DNA of 64,000 nt from Bacilli bacterium (lineage in GTDB: Bacteria; Bacillota_I; Bacilli_A; ML615J-28; CAG-698). Location of the stretch: assembly GCA_050953065.1 (NCBI GenBank), contig JBMNLZ010000001.1:256001-320000 (forward strand), written 5' to 3'. Made by a program: the position numbers and the translations under genes. Of this stretch, positions 29,402 to 39,705 are shown one piece after another; position 1 is the stretch's first letter; each line of letters opens with the position of its first letter. Under the pieces are notes generated by a model. The model did not search any database. It was given only the letters and a program-made list of their open reading frames with translations, and was not told where the DNA came from.

Positions 29402-30252
29402 ATTTTTTCTCCAAATATTTTATTGTATACTAATTTAACAGCCTCTCTTGAAATATTGCATTCCAAACGATAAAATTTGACTATTTTAGCAAGTCTATTA
29501 ATCTTATCAATAATCATGTCATTTTTATTTATATCATCACTTTTTATAAAATTATTAAATATATTTTTCAACATTTCTTTTGAACTTAAATCAAAAATCA
29601 TATTATGCTTAGCTTGTTCTAAGAAAACAATTGCTTTTAATGGAACTTTTAAATCAGCATTTAAATTGGTTTTACCACTCCAAGGCGAGCCAATTACATA
29701 TGCCCTTTCTCCAACAACTTCTATTATAGGTTTATCATCATTAATGATAGTAACTCTATCATCAAATTCCATTTTCCAAAGATTAGAATGTGTTGATTTT
29801 CCAGTACCCGAAGGTGCAGAAAAGATTATTCCAAAATTATCAAAAGCAATAGCAGAGCCATGAACAACTATTAAGTTATTATCTAATAAAAATTCATTAA
29901 CTAACATTGAAATCAAATTATATTCTTTTATTTCTAAATCAGCAAGATCTTTTTTGAAATAAGCTCTCACATCTTTATCATTATAAAAATACTCAATCTT
30001 TAAAATAGTTTGATTATTTTTATCTTTAAACACTAATATTTTATCACAAATATCTGTTTTACATAAAATTCTATCATTAAACTCTTTATAAACTTCAAAA
30101 TCTTTCAACTGTATCTCATCCACATATAAAGTAGAAATTTTATAATGAGCTTTTAAATCATCCAAAACTTGATATTTAGTAAGTCTTTCATTTAATATTT
30201 TTGACTCTACATTTAAATCAAAAATAATATTCGCTATTTTAATTTTTACCAT
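29398..30252 (-). CDS. HPr-kinase-like P-loop protein (ScmC/HprK-related)
   Basis: VHGSAI, FSAPSGTGKSTHSNLW, INDDKP, GSPWSGK. Confidence 0.85.
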   Translation of the reverse strand: MVKIKIANIIFDLNVESKILNERLTKYQVLDDLKAHYKISTLYVDEIQLKDFEVYKEFNDRILCKTDICDKILVFKDKNNQTILKIEYFYNDKDVRAYFKKDLADLEIKEYNLISMLVNEFLLDNNLIVVHGSAIAFDNFGIIFSAPSGTGKSTHSNLWKMEFDDRVTIINDDKPIIEVVGERAYVIGSPWSGKTNLNADLKVPLKAIVFLEQAKHNMIFDLSSKEMLKNIFNNFIKSDDINKNDMIIDKINRLAKIVKFYRLECNISREAVKLVYNKIFGEKI

Positions 30253-31273
30253 TTTTATTAATAAACCTCATTCGTGCACATTCACGCAAGTAATCACTAC
30301 ATTTTTCTATATTACCTTCAGAATATAATTTAGCTGGACAAACATAACAAAAATCATTAAGTTCACATTCTTTACAATCATTACATTTTTTTGATTGTGA
30401 AACTGTTTCTTTTAGTTGTAACCAAGCAAATTCAAAATTATTCTTTAAAATATCAATTCTTGGAAAATCGAATAAACTACAAATAGACATTTTCCCTTCC
30501 CAGTTCACAAAAAAAGCACTTTTACCAGCAGAACAATTAAAACCATTAACTGTATCAACAAAAGCTTTTTCATAAAAAATATTTGCTTTTTCTTCAAACT
30601 TTTTTTGATATTTAAACAATTGTTCAGCAGATAATCGCTCTACTTCTTTTAAATTAGTACATGTTCTTCTAGGAGCTACATATAAAGAATTTTCTATTGG
30701 CAAATTCAAACTTAACATTAAGTTTAATAAATCATCTAAATTTTCGAAAGTTTCATAAATAGGAATAGTTCTTAAAACAATATTAAGATTAGCCAGTTTA
30801 AGTTTTTCTATATTCGCTATTACTCTGGAAAAGCCTTCTTTATAACCACATATTTTTTCATACATCTTTTCATTATAACCATATATAGTTATTGCAATGT
30901 ATTCTGGAGGTCTTTTTTTTAATCTTTCTATTATGTTATTTGTTAGTAAAGTACCATTAGTATATAAAACAATCTTAATCCCTAAGTCATACACCTTTTC
31001 ATATAAATCCATAAAATCTTTTCTTAAAAAAATTTCACCACCAGTAAAAACAACAAAAAGCATACCTAAAGATTTAGCCTGATTTATAATATTATACCAG
31101 TCATCATTACTTAACTCTTTAGTTTTATTAAGTGTATGAACATAACACATTTTGCAATTCATATTGCAATTAGCGGTTATTTCAAATTCACCAGCAATAG
31201 GAATTTTTTTTACAGCAGCTTTATTAAGAAGATTAATTTTATACTCGTTATAATAATTCACTTTATACCTCAT
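30239..31273 (-). CDS. Radical SAM/SPASM domain protein
   Basis: CNMNCKMC, FTGGE, YTNG; SPASM cysteines CSAG..C..CKECELNDFCYVCPA..C. Confidence 0.93.
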   Translation of the reverse strand: MRYKVNYYNEYKINLLNKAAVKKIPIAGEFEITANCNMNCKMCYVHTLNKTKELSNDDWYNIINQAKSLGMLFVVFTGGEIFLRKDFMDLYEKVYDLGIKIVLYTNGTLLTNNIIERLKKRPPEYIAITIYGYNEKMYEKICGYKEGFSRVIANIEKLKLANLNIVLRTIPIYETFENLDDLLNLMLSLNLPIENSLYVAPRRTCTNLKEVERLSAEQLFKYQKKFEEKANIFYEKAFVDTVNGFNCSAGKSAFFVNWEGKMSICSLFDFPRIDILKNNFEFAWLQLKETVSQSKKCNDCKECELNDFCYVCPAKLYSEGNIEKCSDYLRECARMRFINKNGKN

Positions 31274-31386
31274 CCATATAGATATATATTACCACAATAT
31301 TATTAGTTTGTCAGTTATTTTTAAAATATATTGATTTATAAGGTCTTTTTAGTTAAAATATATATGTTATAAGAATAGGAGATTTT

Positions 31387-32550
31387 ATGAAAGTACTAGG
31401 CCTAATAATGGAAATTAATCCTCTTCATAATGGTCATATATATTTTATAAACCAAGCTAAAGCATTAACTAATCCTGATTTTACAATAGTTGTTATGAGT
31501 TCTAATTTTACTATGCGTGGTGAAACCATGATTATGAATAAATTTGCACGTACTGAACTCCTATTAGCAAATGGAGCTGATTTAGTTTTTGAGTTACCTT
31601 TTTTAAGTGCTGTGAATAGTGCTGATCTTTTCGGACTAAATGCTATTAGTATTCTTAAAAATCTTCAAACAACACATATTGCGTTTGGAGCAGAACTTAG
31701 TGACTTAAGTAAATTAAAAACTATTTCAAATCTTTTAAAATCTAAAAAATTTAATTCTGAAATTCAAAACTTTTTAAAACTAGGAAACTCCTATGCAAGC
31801 AGCGCGCTTAAAACATTAACTTTATTAACTAAAGATAAAGAAATAATTACAAATTTTGCATTACCAAATAACACTCTAGCAATTCAATATATAAGCGCTG
31901 CTGATAAGTTAAACTATCCATTAGATTTTTTTCCTATTAAAAGAATCGGTAATAATTACTACGATAAAAATATTACTAGTAAAATAGCTAGCGCTACTGC
32001 TATTAGAGAACTCATCAAAAATAAAGAACCAATTAATAAATTTGTTCCTAATGATGTTGCAAACTATCCATTTAAAGATTTTGATTTAATAGAAGATAAA
32101 TTGTTTCACCTTTTAAAATTTACATTCGTAAATAAAACATGTGAAGAAATTGCAAATATTTATGGAGTTGAAGAGGGACTTGAAAATAGAATACTATCTG
32201 CATTAAAGGAAAGTTCTAATTATTCTTCTTTTATGGAAAAAGTAATAAGTAAAAGATACAGTTATTTTAGGATTCAAAGAACTATTCTACATATTTTACT
32301 TAATACTCCAAAACAATTACAAAATAAATCTAACTATTATTTAAGAATGCTAGGTTCTAATGATGCTGGCTTAAAATATATTAGTTCATTACCTAAAGAG
32401 GTTAAAAAAAATATAATTACAAGTTTTAAAAATATACAAAACAATGTAGTAGTTGACTTTGAAATAAAAGCAACTAAACTTTATGACTTATTAACAAACA
32501 GTGAAAATATCATTGAAGAATACAAGATTCCAATTAAGAAAGGAGAATAA
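31387..32550 (+). CDS. tmcAL: tRNA(Met) cytidine acetate ligase (HIGH nucleotidyltransferase)
   Basis: MEINPLHNGH, GADLVFELP, PNNTLAIQY, ASATAIRE, GVEEGLENRI. Confidence 0.88.
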   Translation: MKVLGLIMEINPLHNGHIYFINQAKALTNPDFTIVVMSSNFTMRGETMIMNKFARTELLLANGADLVFELPFLSAVNSADLFGLNAISILKNLQTTHIAFGAELSDLSKLKTISNLLKSKKFNSEIQNFLKLGNSYASSALKTLTLLTKDKEIITNFALPNNTLAIQYISAADKLNYPLDFFPIKRIGNNYYDKNITSKIASATAIRELIKNKEPINKFVPNDVANYPFKDFDLIEDKLFHLLKFTFVNKTCEEIANIYGVEEGLENRILSALKESSNYSSFMEKVISKRYSYFRIQRTILHILLNTPKQLQNKSNYYLRMLGSNDAGLKYISSLPKEVKKNIITSFKNIQNNVVVDFEIKATKLYDLLTNSENIIEEYKIPIKKGE

Positions 32551-32551
32551 A

Positions 32552-33553
32552 ATGTCAATTGATTTAATTAAACAAAAAATAGGAGTATTATTAGATGATT
32601 CACTTGGTAAGAATTTACTTGAAACAGGTGGAATTAAACATGTAGGTATTGATGAAGAAAAAAGTGTTGTAGTCTTAGTTGTAGCAATTGGAAAAAAAGA
32701 CCCAGAACTAGAAAAAAAACTACGTAGAGAAATTGCAAAAATAATAAAAATAGATTTAAAATATACAGGTTTAAAACTAGAAATTGAAGAATTTAGAAAA
32801 ATAGATAGTATTACTAAAAGTAAAACTAAATTTATTATCATAGCATCAGGTAAAGGTGGTGTTGGAAAATCTACCGTTACTGCCAACATTGCATATGCTT
32901 TGGCAAAAAAAGGTAAAAAAGTGGGCATTATTGATGCAGATATTTATGGTTCTAGTATTCCTACATTATTAGATTATAATGTAAAAGAAGCTAAAATTGA
33001 AGTAAATAACAATAGGAAAATTATTCCATTTATGAAAAACAATATTGAGTTTATTTCAACTGAGTTTTTTGCTGAAGTTGGTGCTCCTATTTTATGGCGT
33101 GGTGCGATGGTTAGTTCTATGATAAATAGTTTATTTTATGATGTTGCTTGGAATAAGGATTTAGATTATATGATTATTGATATGCCACCAGGCACAGGTG
33201 ATGCTACTTTAGACTTAAAAAATATTATCCCACAAAGCAATGTCATAATAGTTACTACACCTCATATCTCTGCTTCTCATGTAGCTATAAAAGCGGGCTA
33301 TGCTGCCAAAGAACTTAAACACACAGTTGTCGGTGTAATTGAAAATATGTCATACTATTTAAATAAATCTACTGGTGAAAAAGATTATATTTTTGGAAAA
33401 GGCAAAGGTGAAGAACTTGCTAAAAAATTAAATGTAAGTTTATTGGCTGAAATTCCAATTAATCTACCTGCCAAAAATACTGGATTATATGAAGATAATG
33501 AATTTATTGGTCAAATTTTTAATGACATCGCTAATAAAATTATATCTAAATAG
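32552..33553 (+). CDS. mrp: Mrp/NBP35 (ApbC) Fe-S carrier ATPase
   Basis: SGKGGVGKSTVT, DADIYGSSIP, WRG, DMPPGTGD, GVIENMS; ATG at 32552 after AAGGAG. Confidence 0.9.
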   Translation: MSIDLIKQKIGVLLDDSLGKNLLETGGIKHVGIDEEKSVVVLVVAIGKKDPELEKKLRREIAKIIKIDLKYTGLKLEIEEFRKIDSITKSKTKFIIIASGKGGVGKSTVTANIAYALAKKGKKVGIIDADIYGSSIPTLLDYNVKEAKIEVNNNRKIIPFMKNNIEFISTEFFAEVGAPILWRGAMVSSMINSLFYDVAWNKDLDYMIIDMPPGTGDATLDLKNIIPQSNVIIVTTPHISASHVAIKAGYAAKELKHTVVGVIENMSYYLNKSTGEKDYIFGKGKGEELAKKLNVSLLAEIPINLPAKNTGLYEDNEFIGQIFNDIANKIISK

Positions 33554-33555
33554 TA

Positions 33556-33597
33556 AAAAAAGATAAAACCTCATAACGAGGTTTTATCTTTTTTTTT
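33556..33597. terminator. Bidirectional terminator
   Basis: aaaaagataaaacctc-ataac-gaggttttatcttttt. Confidence 0.85.
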
Positions 33598-33598
33598 A

Positions 33599-33892
33599 TT
33601 ACTCTTCTAAATCAGAATCTTCTTCATTTTCAAAAGATTCTAAAACTTCTTCAATCATTGCCCACTCTTCATCGGTAGTTACTTCATTTAATTCACCAAT
33701 TTCACCTTCTAACGGTACAAAAGAAGCTGCATAGACTTCTATTTCCTCTTCTTCTAAACTTCCAGTCGGATAAAAAAGTACATAACTTTTTTTAAACTCC
33801 TCGCTTTCAAAAGTAAACAGTATGTCACACAAAATCTCATTTCCTTTATCATCAACATAAGTTAATTGATTTTCTTTTAATTTATTTTCCAT
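33599..33892 (-). CDS. DUF1292 (YrzB-like) protein
   Basis: ILFTFESEEFKKSYVLFYP, DEEWAMIEEVL; synteny with ruvX and alaS. Confidence 0.9.
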   Translation of the reverse strand: MENKLKENQLTYVDDKGNEILCDILFTFESEEFKKSYVLFYPTGSLEEEEIEVYAASFVPLEGEIGELNEVTTDEEWAMIEEVLESFENEEDSDLEE

Positions 33893-33893
33893 T

Positions 33894-34325
33894 TTATATT
33901 CCTTTCTTAAATTTATTTGAATCTAAATATCCTTGTAAAATAATAGTCGCAGCTAATTTATCAACATTTTTTTTTCTTTTTTGTCTACTCATATCAGCAC
34001 TTAACATTGTCCTATTAGCAATTACAGATGTTAATCTTTCATCAATTAAATGAACTTTTAAGTTTGTTTCTGCTTCTAGTACTCCTTTAAACTCTAAGAT
34101 ATAATCACATTGAAAACCTGTTGAGCCATCCATGTTTTTTGGAAAACCCAAAACTATTTCTTTAATTTGATGTTCCTTAATTAGTTCTTTAACAAATCCT
34201 AAGGCTTGCTTTAAATCTTTTTCATCGATTCTATAAGTTCCAATTGGATTAGCAATAACTCCTAACATATCACTAATTGCAACTCCTAAAGTTTTTGTTC
34301 CTAGATCCAATCCTAAAATTTTCAT
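33894..34325 (-). CDS. ruvX: Putative pre-16S rRNA nuclease / Holliday junction resolvase RuvX (YqgF)
   Basis: LGLDLGTKTLGVAISD, DERLTS, VDKLAATIILQ. Confidence 0.95.
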   Translation of the reverse strand: MKILGLDLGTKTLGVAISDMLGVIANPIGTYRIDEKDLKQALGFVKELIKEHQIKEIVLGFPKNMDGSTGFQCDYILEFKGVLEAETNLKVHLIDERLTSVIANRTMLSADMSRQKRKKNVDKLAATIILQGYLDSNKFKKGI

Positions 34326-37027
34326 ATTTTTTCCTCAATTTCTTTCTTAACTTCTTCTAATGCCTGTTTTACCATATTAACATTTTTACCACCTGCTTGA
34401 GCAAAATCAGGACGTCCACCACCATTGCCACCACAAATAATAGCAGCTTTTTTAACAAGTAATCCTGCATTTAAAGAAGAAACTTTATTTTTGCAAATAA
34501 ATATAACTTTGTCTTCTACTATACTTCCAACAAAAACAACACTTTCTTTTAAATAATCACTTAATCTATCCACTAAATCTTTTAATACTTCAATATTAAC
34601 ATCTTTTACATCAAAAATACATACTTTTTTATTATTTATTTCTTCTACATATTCTAAATACTTATCAATTGACTCACTATTTTTTTCTTGTAGTGCTTTT
34701 TGATATTTTTTTGAAATCTCTTTACTCTCATCTCGTAAAGCATTCAGATAATTTCTCATAGCAATTATTCTACTATAGCTTTGTTCATCACTTTTTACTT
34801 TAGATAAATCAAATTTTAATTCAATACCATTTAATTTTGCTTCTTCAACTAAATTTTCACCTTTTTTAAGTAAATCTTCAATTTCACTATTAATATTATA
34901 AAGTCTTTCATTCAACTCTTTTTCTATTTGGCTACTAGTAGCTGCTTCAATTCTAAATATCCCAGATCCCTTAGCTTCAATTGAAGTAATTGCAAATCTT
35001 TCTATTTCTTTAGTATTTGAAACATGAGTCCCGCCACATAATTCTTTACTAAATACAGTATCAACTACTCTTACAATGTCACCATACTTTTCACCAAAAA
35101 CTGCTTGAACACCTTCTTTTTTCGCTGCTTCTAAAGACATTTCTTTTACTAAAACATCACTTGATTTTAAAATTTCTTTATTAACAAGTTTTTCAACTTC
35201 AAGAATTTGATTTTCATTTGGTAATTCAAAATTATTAAAATCAAATCTTAGATTACTAGCATTAACATTTGAACCATGTTGATAAACATGTGTACCTATA
35301 ATTTGTCTTAATGATTCATTTAATAAGTGGGTAGCAGTATGATTTTTAGCTATTTTTTCTCGATATTTTTTATCTATTTTTAAAATAACTTGCTGTCCAA
35401 CAGTTAATACTCCATCATTAATTTCAACTAAAGATGCATGTTGCATATTAGGTAATTTTATAGTATCAGTTACTTCATATGTATTAGTATTTGAAATTAC
35501 TAGTCCTTTATCGCCAACTTGCCCACCTGATTCTGCATAAAAAACTGTTGGTGAAAATAATACCAAAGCACTTTCATCTGCTTTACTAACTGATTTTCCA
35601 TTTACAAAAATAGCAACTACCTTAGATTCACATTCAAAATTATCATAACCAATAAATTCTGTTTCTTTATGAAAATTCAAAATTTCTTCATTTTGGACAT
35701 TCATTGATTGATTATCACTTCTAGCCATTCTAGCTCTTTCTTTTTGTTTCTCTAATTCTTCTTTGAATCCTTTCAAATCGACTTCAAAATTATATTCACT
35801 AGCTAACTCTACAGTTAATTCAATTGGAAAACCAAATGTATCATATAGTAAAAACGCTGTTTCTTTAGCAATAACTTTATTTTTATCTTTTGAATGATTA
35901 TTTATATATTCCAATAGTTTTTTTTCACCTAACTCAAGCGTTAATAAAAACTTTTCTTCTTCTTGTTTAATTATTTTTGTTACATTTTCTTCGTTCAAAG
36001 CTAAATCACTATAAAAAACTTTCATATTTTCAACTACAACATTAACAAGTTCATATAAAAAAGCTTTTTTAATTCCTAAATTTTTTCCAAATCTAACCGC
36101 TCTTCTTAACAATCTTCTTAAAACATATCCACGGCCTTCATTAGAAAGAGTCGCCCCATCACTAACTGCAAAAACTACACTTCTAACATGATCAGCTATA
36201 ACCTTAAAAGCCATTTGACCTGTATATTTAACTGAAGAAATTTCTTCAGTTTTTCTAATTATTGGCATAAATAAATCTGTATCATAATTAGTTTCTACTT
36301 CTTGTAAGACGCAAGCCATTCTTTCAAGCCCCATACCTGTATCAATATTTTTACTAGGTAATTCAGGATATTCACTTCTTTCTTTTCCAGGAATAGAATT
36401 GTATTGACTAAATACTATATTCCATATTTCAATATATCTTTCATTTTCTATATCTTTTTCAATTAACTCTTTACCTAGTTTTTCAGGATCATATTTTTCA
36501 CCACGATCATAAAAAATTTCCGTACAAGGTCCACAAGGTCCTTCTCCAATTTCCCAAAAATTTTGACTTAATCTAATAATATGATTTGGAGAAACTCCTA
36601 ATTCAACCCATCTTTCAAAAGAGGCATCATCTGTTGGATATATTGTAAAATACAATTTATTTATATCAAAAGCAAAATATTTAGAAGATGTTAGAATTTC
36701 AATAGCAAATTCTAATGCTTCTTCTCTAAAATAATCTCCAACTGAAAAATTACCAAGCATCTCAAAAAAAGTATGATGCCTAGCCGTTTTTCCAACATTT
36801 TCAATATCATTGGTTCTAATTGATTTTTGGGCATTAACCATTCTTCTATTATTTGGAATTTCACGTCCATCAAAAAACTTTTTTAAGGGTGCAACTCCAG
36901 CATTAATCCATAATAAAGTGGGATCATTATGTGGAACTAAAGAAGCACTTGGTATTACTTCATGATTTTTACTGGCAAAAAAATCTAACCACATTTGTCT
37001 AATTTCATAACTCATTAATTTTTTCAT
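34322..37027 (-). CDS. alaS: Alanine--tRNA ligase
   Basis: RHHTFFEMLGNFS, IDTGMGLER, HTATHLL, ELCGGTH, GGGRPDFAQAGG; ATG at 37027 after GGAGG. Confidence 0.99.
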   Translation of the reverse strand: MKKLMSYEIRQMWLDFFASKNHEVIPSASLVPHNDPTLLWINAGVAPLKKFFDGREIPNNRRMVNAQKSIRTNDIENVGKTARHHTFFEMLGNFSVGDYFREEALEFAIEILTSSKYFAFDINKLYFTIYPTDDASFERWVELGVSPNHIIRLSQNFWEIGEGPCGPCTEIFYDRGEKYDPEKLGKELIEKDIENERYIEIWNIVFSQYNSIPGKERSEYPELPSKNIDTGMGLERMACVLQEVETNYDTDLFMPIIRKTEEISSVKYTGQMAFKVIADHVRSVVFAVSDGATLSNEGRGYVLRRLLRRAVRFGKNLGIKKAFLYELVNVVVENMKVFYSDLALNEENVTKIIKQEEEKFLLTLELGEKKLLEYINNHSKDKNKVIAKETAFLLYDTFGFPIELTVELASEYNFEVDLKGFKEELEKQKERARMARSDNQSMNVQNEEILNFHKETEFIGYDNFECESKVVAIFVNGKSVSKADESALVLFSPTVFYAESGGQVGDKGLVISNTNTYEVTDTIKLPNMQHASLVEINDGVLTVGQQVILKIDKKYREKIAKNHTATHLLNESLRQIIGTHVYQHGSNVNASNLRFDFNNFELPNENQILEVEKLVNKEILKSSDVLVKEMSLEAAKKEGVQAVFGEKYGDIVRVVDTVFSKELCGGTHVSNTKEIERFAITSIEAKGSGIFRIEAATSSQIEKELNERLYNINSEIEDLLKKGENLVEEAKLNGIELKFDLSKVKSDEQSYSRIIAMRNYLNALRDESKEISKKYQKALQEKNSESIDKYLEYVEEINNKKVCIFDVKDVNIEVLKDLVDRLSDYLKESVVFVGSIVEDKVIFICKNKVSSLNAGLLVKKAAIICGGNGGGRPDFAQAGGKNVNMVKQALEEVKKEIEEKI

Positions 37028-37039
37028 GTTTTCCTCCAT

Positions 37040-37258
37040 TTAAAAAATTCCTATATTAAAAAATATAGGAACGAAATTCTCGCGGTACCATCCTATTTCA
37101 TAGTAAACTATGCAACTCAATTAAATTTAACGCATTTTTACGTGAATTTTTTAAAAATTCATACTCCAAAGTAGCTTTCAATGTTATTGTTTAAGATTTT
37201 TCACCAACCAATCTCTCTCTTTTAAAAACAAATTAACATTTACTCATCTTTATCACAG
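37040..37258 (-). ncRNA. T-box riboswitch (Ala, specifier GCU) with terminator
   Basis: Minus strand AGAGA...GGTGAAA stem I apex, GAAAGCTAC specifier loop, T-box AATAGGATGGTACCGCG, hairpin TTCCTATATT/AATATAGGAA followed by a T-run. Confidence 0.9.
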
Positions 37259-37263
37259 TATTA

Positions 37264-38922
37264 TTAAATTATATTTAAAACCGGAATTACTATCGGTTTC
37301 TTTTTAAGTCCCGAATATATTTCTTTTGATATATCATCAGCTAATAAATTAGTTAATGATTTAATATCAATTCTTGCTTTACGCAAATATGTTTTAATTC
37401 TTTTTTCAATAATTAAAGATATACGTGTAAATATAGTTTCAGTATCAGTTGTAATACCTCTTGAAACAATTTTTGGTTTAGATATTAATTCTCTACTCAA
37501 ATCATCAACTACAATCGTAACTATAATAACTCCATTTTGAGATAATAATTCTCTATCTCTAATAACAACTTCATTTATATCGCCAATTATAGAACCATCA
37601 ATAAGTACATCACCAACTGAAATTTGTTGTTTTGTAGGTTGTAAATTTCCATTTTGGAAAGTTATTAATTCACCATTTTCTAAAATTAATACTTTATTTT
37701 CATTGTATCCAACTTCTAAAGCTATATTTTTTTGAACATATTGATGACGAAATTCTCCTACAATCGGAATTATATATTTCGGATTAAGCATACCATATAA
37801 CAATTTTAAATCTTCACTATCAGCATGAGAACTTTTTAGCATTTGTTTTTTAATGATTGTTACATGTTTACTTTTTTGGCTCAATAAATCAACAGCTTTA
37901 CTCGCTAATTTTTCAGTTCCAGGAACTACTTTGTTCATTATAACAACAGTATCTTCTTGATTAATTTTAATTAGTCTATCATATCCTTTACACATTCTTT
38001 GAAGCATATAAAAAGGTTCATGTCTAATCCCTGTTACTATAACTACCAAATCATCAAAATCATTTTGATTTTTATCAGTAATATATTTTAAATTGATTAA
38101 TTTATCTTCTGGAATTTTTAAATAATCGTTATTCATTGCTATATTAATATGTTTTTGAACTTTTCTACCTATAATGGCAACTCTACGATTATTTTTAACA
38201 CTAATATCAATTATCTTTTGAATTCTATCCAAATCACTAGAAAAGGCTGAAAAAATCACCCTTTTTGATTTTTTTAAGATTTCAGAAACTGTATGCAGTA
38301 ATGGATAATCATTATGAACTCTATCAATATTATTAACACCTAAACTACCAGCACACAAAACTAAAACATCATCGTTTGCTATCTCAGTTATTTTATGCAT
38401 AGAAGTTCTATATCTTTTATCTTGGTGTGCATCAAAGTTAAAATTAGGCACATAAACTAATGATCCATCTTGCGTTTTAATGTTAATACCAACACATTCA
38501 GGAATACTATGACTAACATTAAAAAATGAAACTATAATAGAACCAAATTTTAATTCTTTATCTTCATTAATCCTATATAATCTAAATTTTGAAATATCCA
38601 TTTGGGCTTCAGTTAACAAATCCTCTAATACACACATTGTAAAATGTGTAGCAAATACTCCAACATCTAGAGTCTTTAAAAGTTCAGGAATTGCTCCAAC
38701 ATGATCATCATGTCCATGAGTTAAAAAAATTCCTTGAACTCTTTCTTTGTTTTCAATTAAATAGGTAATATTTGGTATAACAGCATCTATGCCTAATAAT
38801 TCTACACTCGGATACTTTAAGCCGCCATCTAAAACAAATATCTTATCATCAATTTCAACAAGATACATATTTTTGCCGTTTTCTCCTAGTCCTCCTAAAG
38901 CTCCAAATTTAATACTACTCAT
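37264..38922 (-). CDS. Ribonuclease J, J2-like with degenerate catalytic motifs
   Basis: LGGLGENGKN, THGHDDHVG, HSIPE; HTGDFK is replaced by YVPNFN and PVHGE by PIVGE. Confidence 0.88.
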   Translation of the reverse strand: MSSIKFGALGGLGENGKNMYLVEIDDKIFVLDGGLKYPSVELLGIDAVIPNITYLIENKERVQGIFLTHGHDDHVGAIPELLKTLDVGVFATHFTMCVLEDLLTEAQMDISKFRLYRINEDKELKFGSIIVSFFNVSHSIPECVGINIKTQDGSLVYVPNFNFDAHQDKRYRTSMHKITEIANDDVLVLCAGSLGVNNIDRVHNDYPLLHTVSEILKKSKRVIFSAFSSDLDRIQKIIDISVKNNRRVAIIGRKVQKHINIAMNNDYLKIPEDKLINLKYITDKNQNDFDDLVVIVTGIRHEPFYMLQRMCKGYDRLIKINQEDTVVIMNKVVPGTEKLASKAVDLLSQKSKHVTIIKKQMLKSSHADSEDLKLLYGMLNPKYIIPIVGEFRHQYVQKNIALEVGYNENKVLILENGELITFQNGNLQPTKQQISVGDVLIDGSIIGDINEVVIRDRELLSQNGVIIVTIVVDDLSRELISKPKIVSRGITTDTETIFTRISLIIEKRIKTYLRKARIDIKSLTNLLADDISKEIYSGLKKKPIVIPVLNII

Positions 38923-38973
38923 ATACAAACCACCTTGTCTATTATACCATATTATTTATTCTTAACAACTAAT

Positions 38974-39690
38974 TTATTCCTCATCTTCTACATTATGATA
39001 GACATTTTGAACATCTTCTGATTCTTCAAGCATTTCAATTAATCTATCAAATTTTTCACGATTCTCTTCATCTAATTTTACATAAGTACTAGGTAGTTTT
39101 GTTATTTCACAAGTAAGGAAATCCTCAACACCTAAATCTTGAAAAACTTTTTGCACATTATTAAAATCTTTTGGATCTGCATAAACAAAAACACCTTCAT
39201 CAGTGGTTTCAATATCTTGAACATCACAGTCATTTTCTAACAAAGCATCTAAAACTTGCTCTTCTTCTAAGTTTTCAGCTCCTATAATTGCAACAGTATC
39301 AAACATATATGAGACACAACCGTTGACACCAAGTGAACCTCCGTTTTTAGTAAAAGCTGCTCTAACCTCGCTTGCAGTTCTATTTAAATTATTTGTTAAG
39401 CATTCTACCATAACTGCTGAACCTTGCACTCCATACCCCTCATATGTAATTTCACTATATTCTTCGCCTTTTCCACCTTTAGCTTTTTCAATTGCTCTAT
39501 CTATAATTTCTTTAGGTACTTTATAAGTTTTAGATTTATCAATTATCATTTGTAAGTTTCTATTAATACTTGGATCTGGTTCTGGCTTCGCAGCAACATA
39601 TATTTCAAGACCAAATTTAGCTAGTATTTTACTTCTATTTGCATCTTTTGCAGCCTTTTGATATTTTATATTATTCCATTTTCTTCCCAT
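38974..39690 (-). CDS. YebC/PmpR family protein
   Basis: MGRKWNNIK, YEGYG, RTASEVRAAFTKNGG, DVQNVYHN. Confidence 0.96.
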   Translation of the reverse strand: MGRKWNNIKYQKAAKDANRSKILAKFGLEIYVAAKPEPDPSINRNLQMIIDKSKTYKVPKEIIDRAIEKAKGGKGEEYSEITYEGYGVQGSAVMVECLTNNLNRTASEVRAAFTKNGGSLGVNGCVSYMFDTVAIIGAENLEEEQVLDALLENDCDVQDIETTDEGVFVYADPKDFNNVQKVFQDLGVEDFLTCEITKLPSTYVKLDEENREKFDRLIEMLEESEDVQNVYHNVEDEE

Positions 39691-39705
39691 ATGTAACCTC
39701 ACATT

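Noticed and set aside
31387-32550. Nucleotidyltransferase as part of the rSAM/PqqD cassette
   Set aside because: It is divergently transcribed and has the HIGH-type TmcAL motifs of a housekeeping tRNA enzyme, not the nucleotidyltransferase type found in lasso-like clusters
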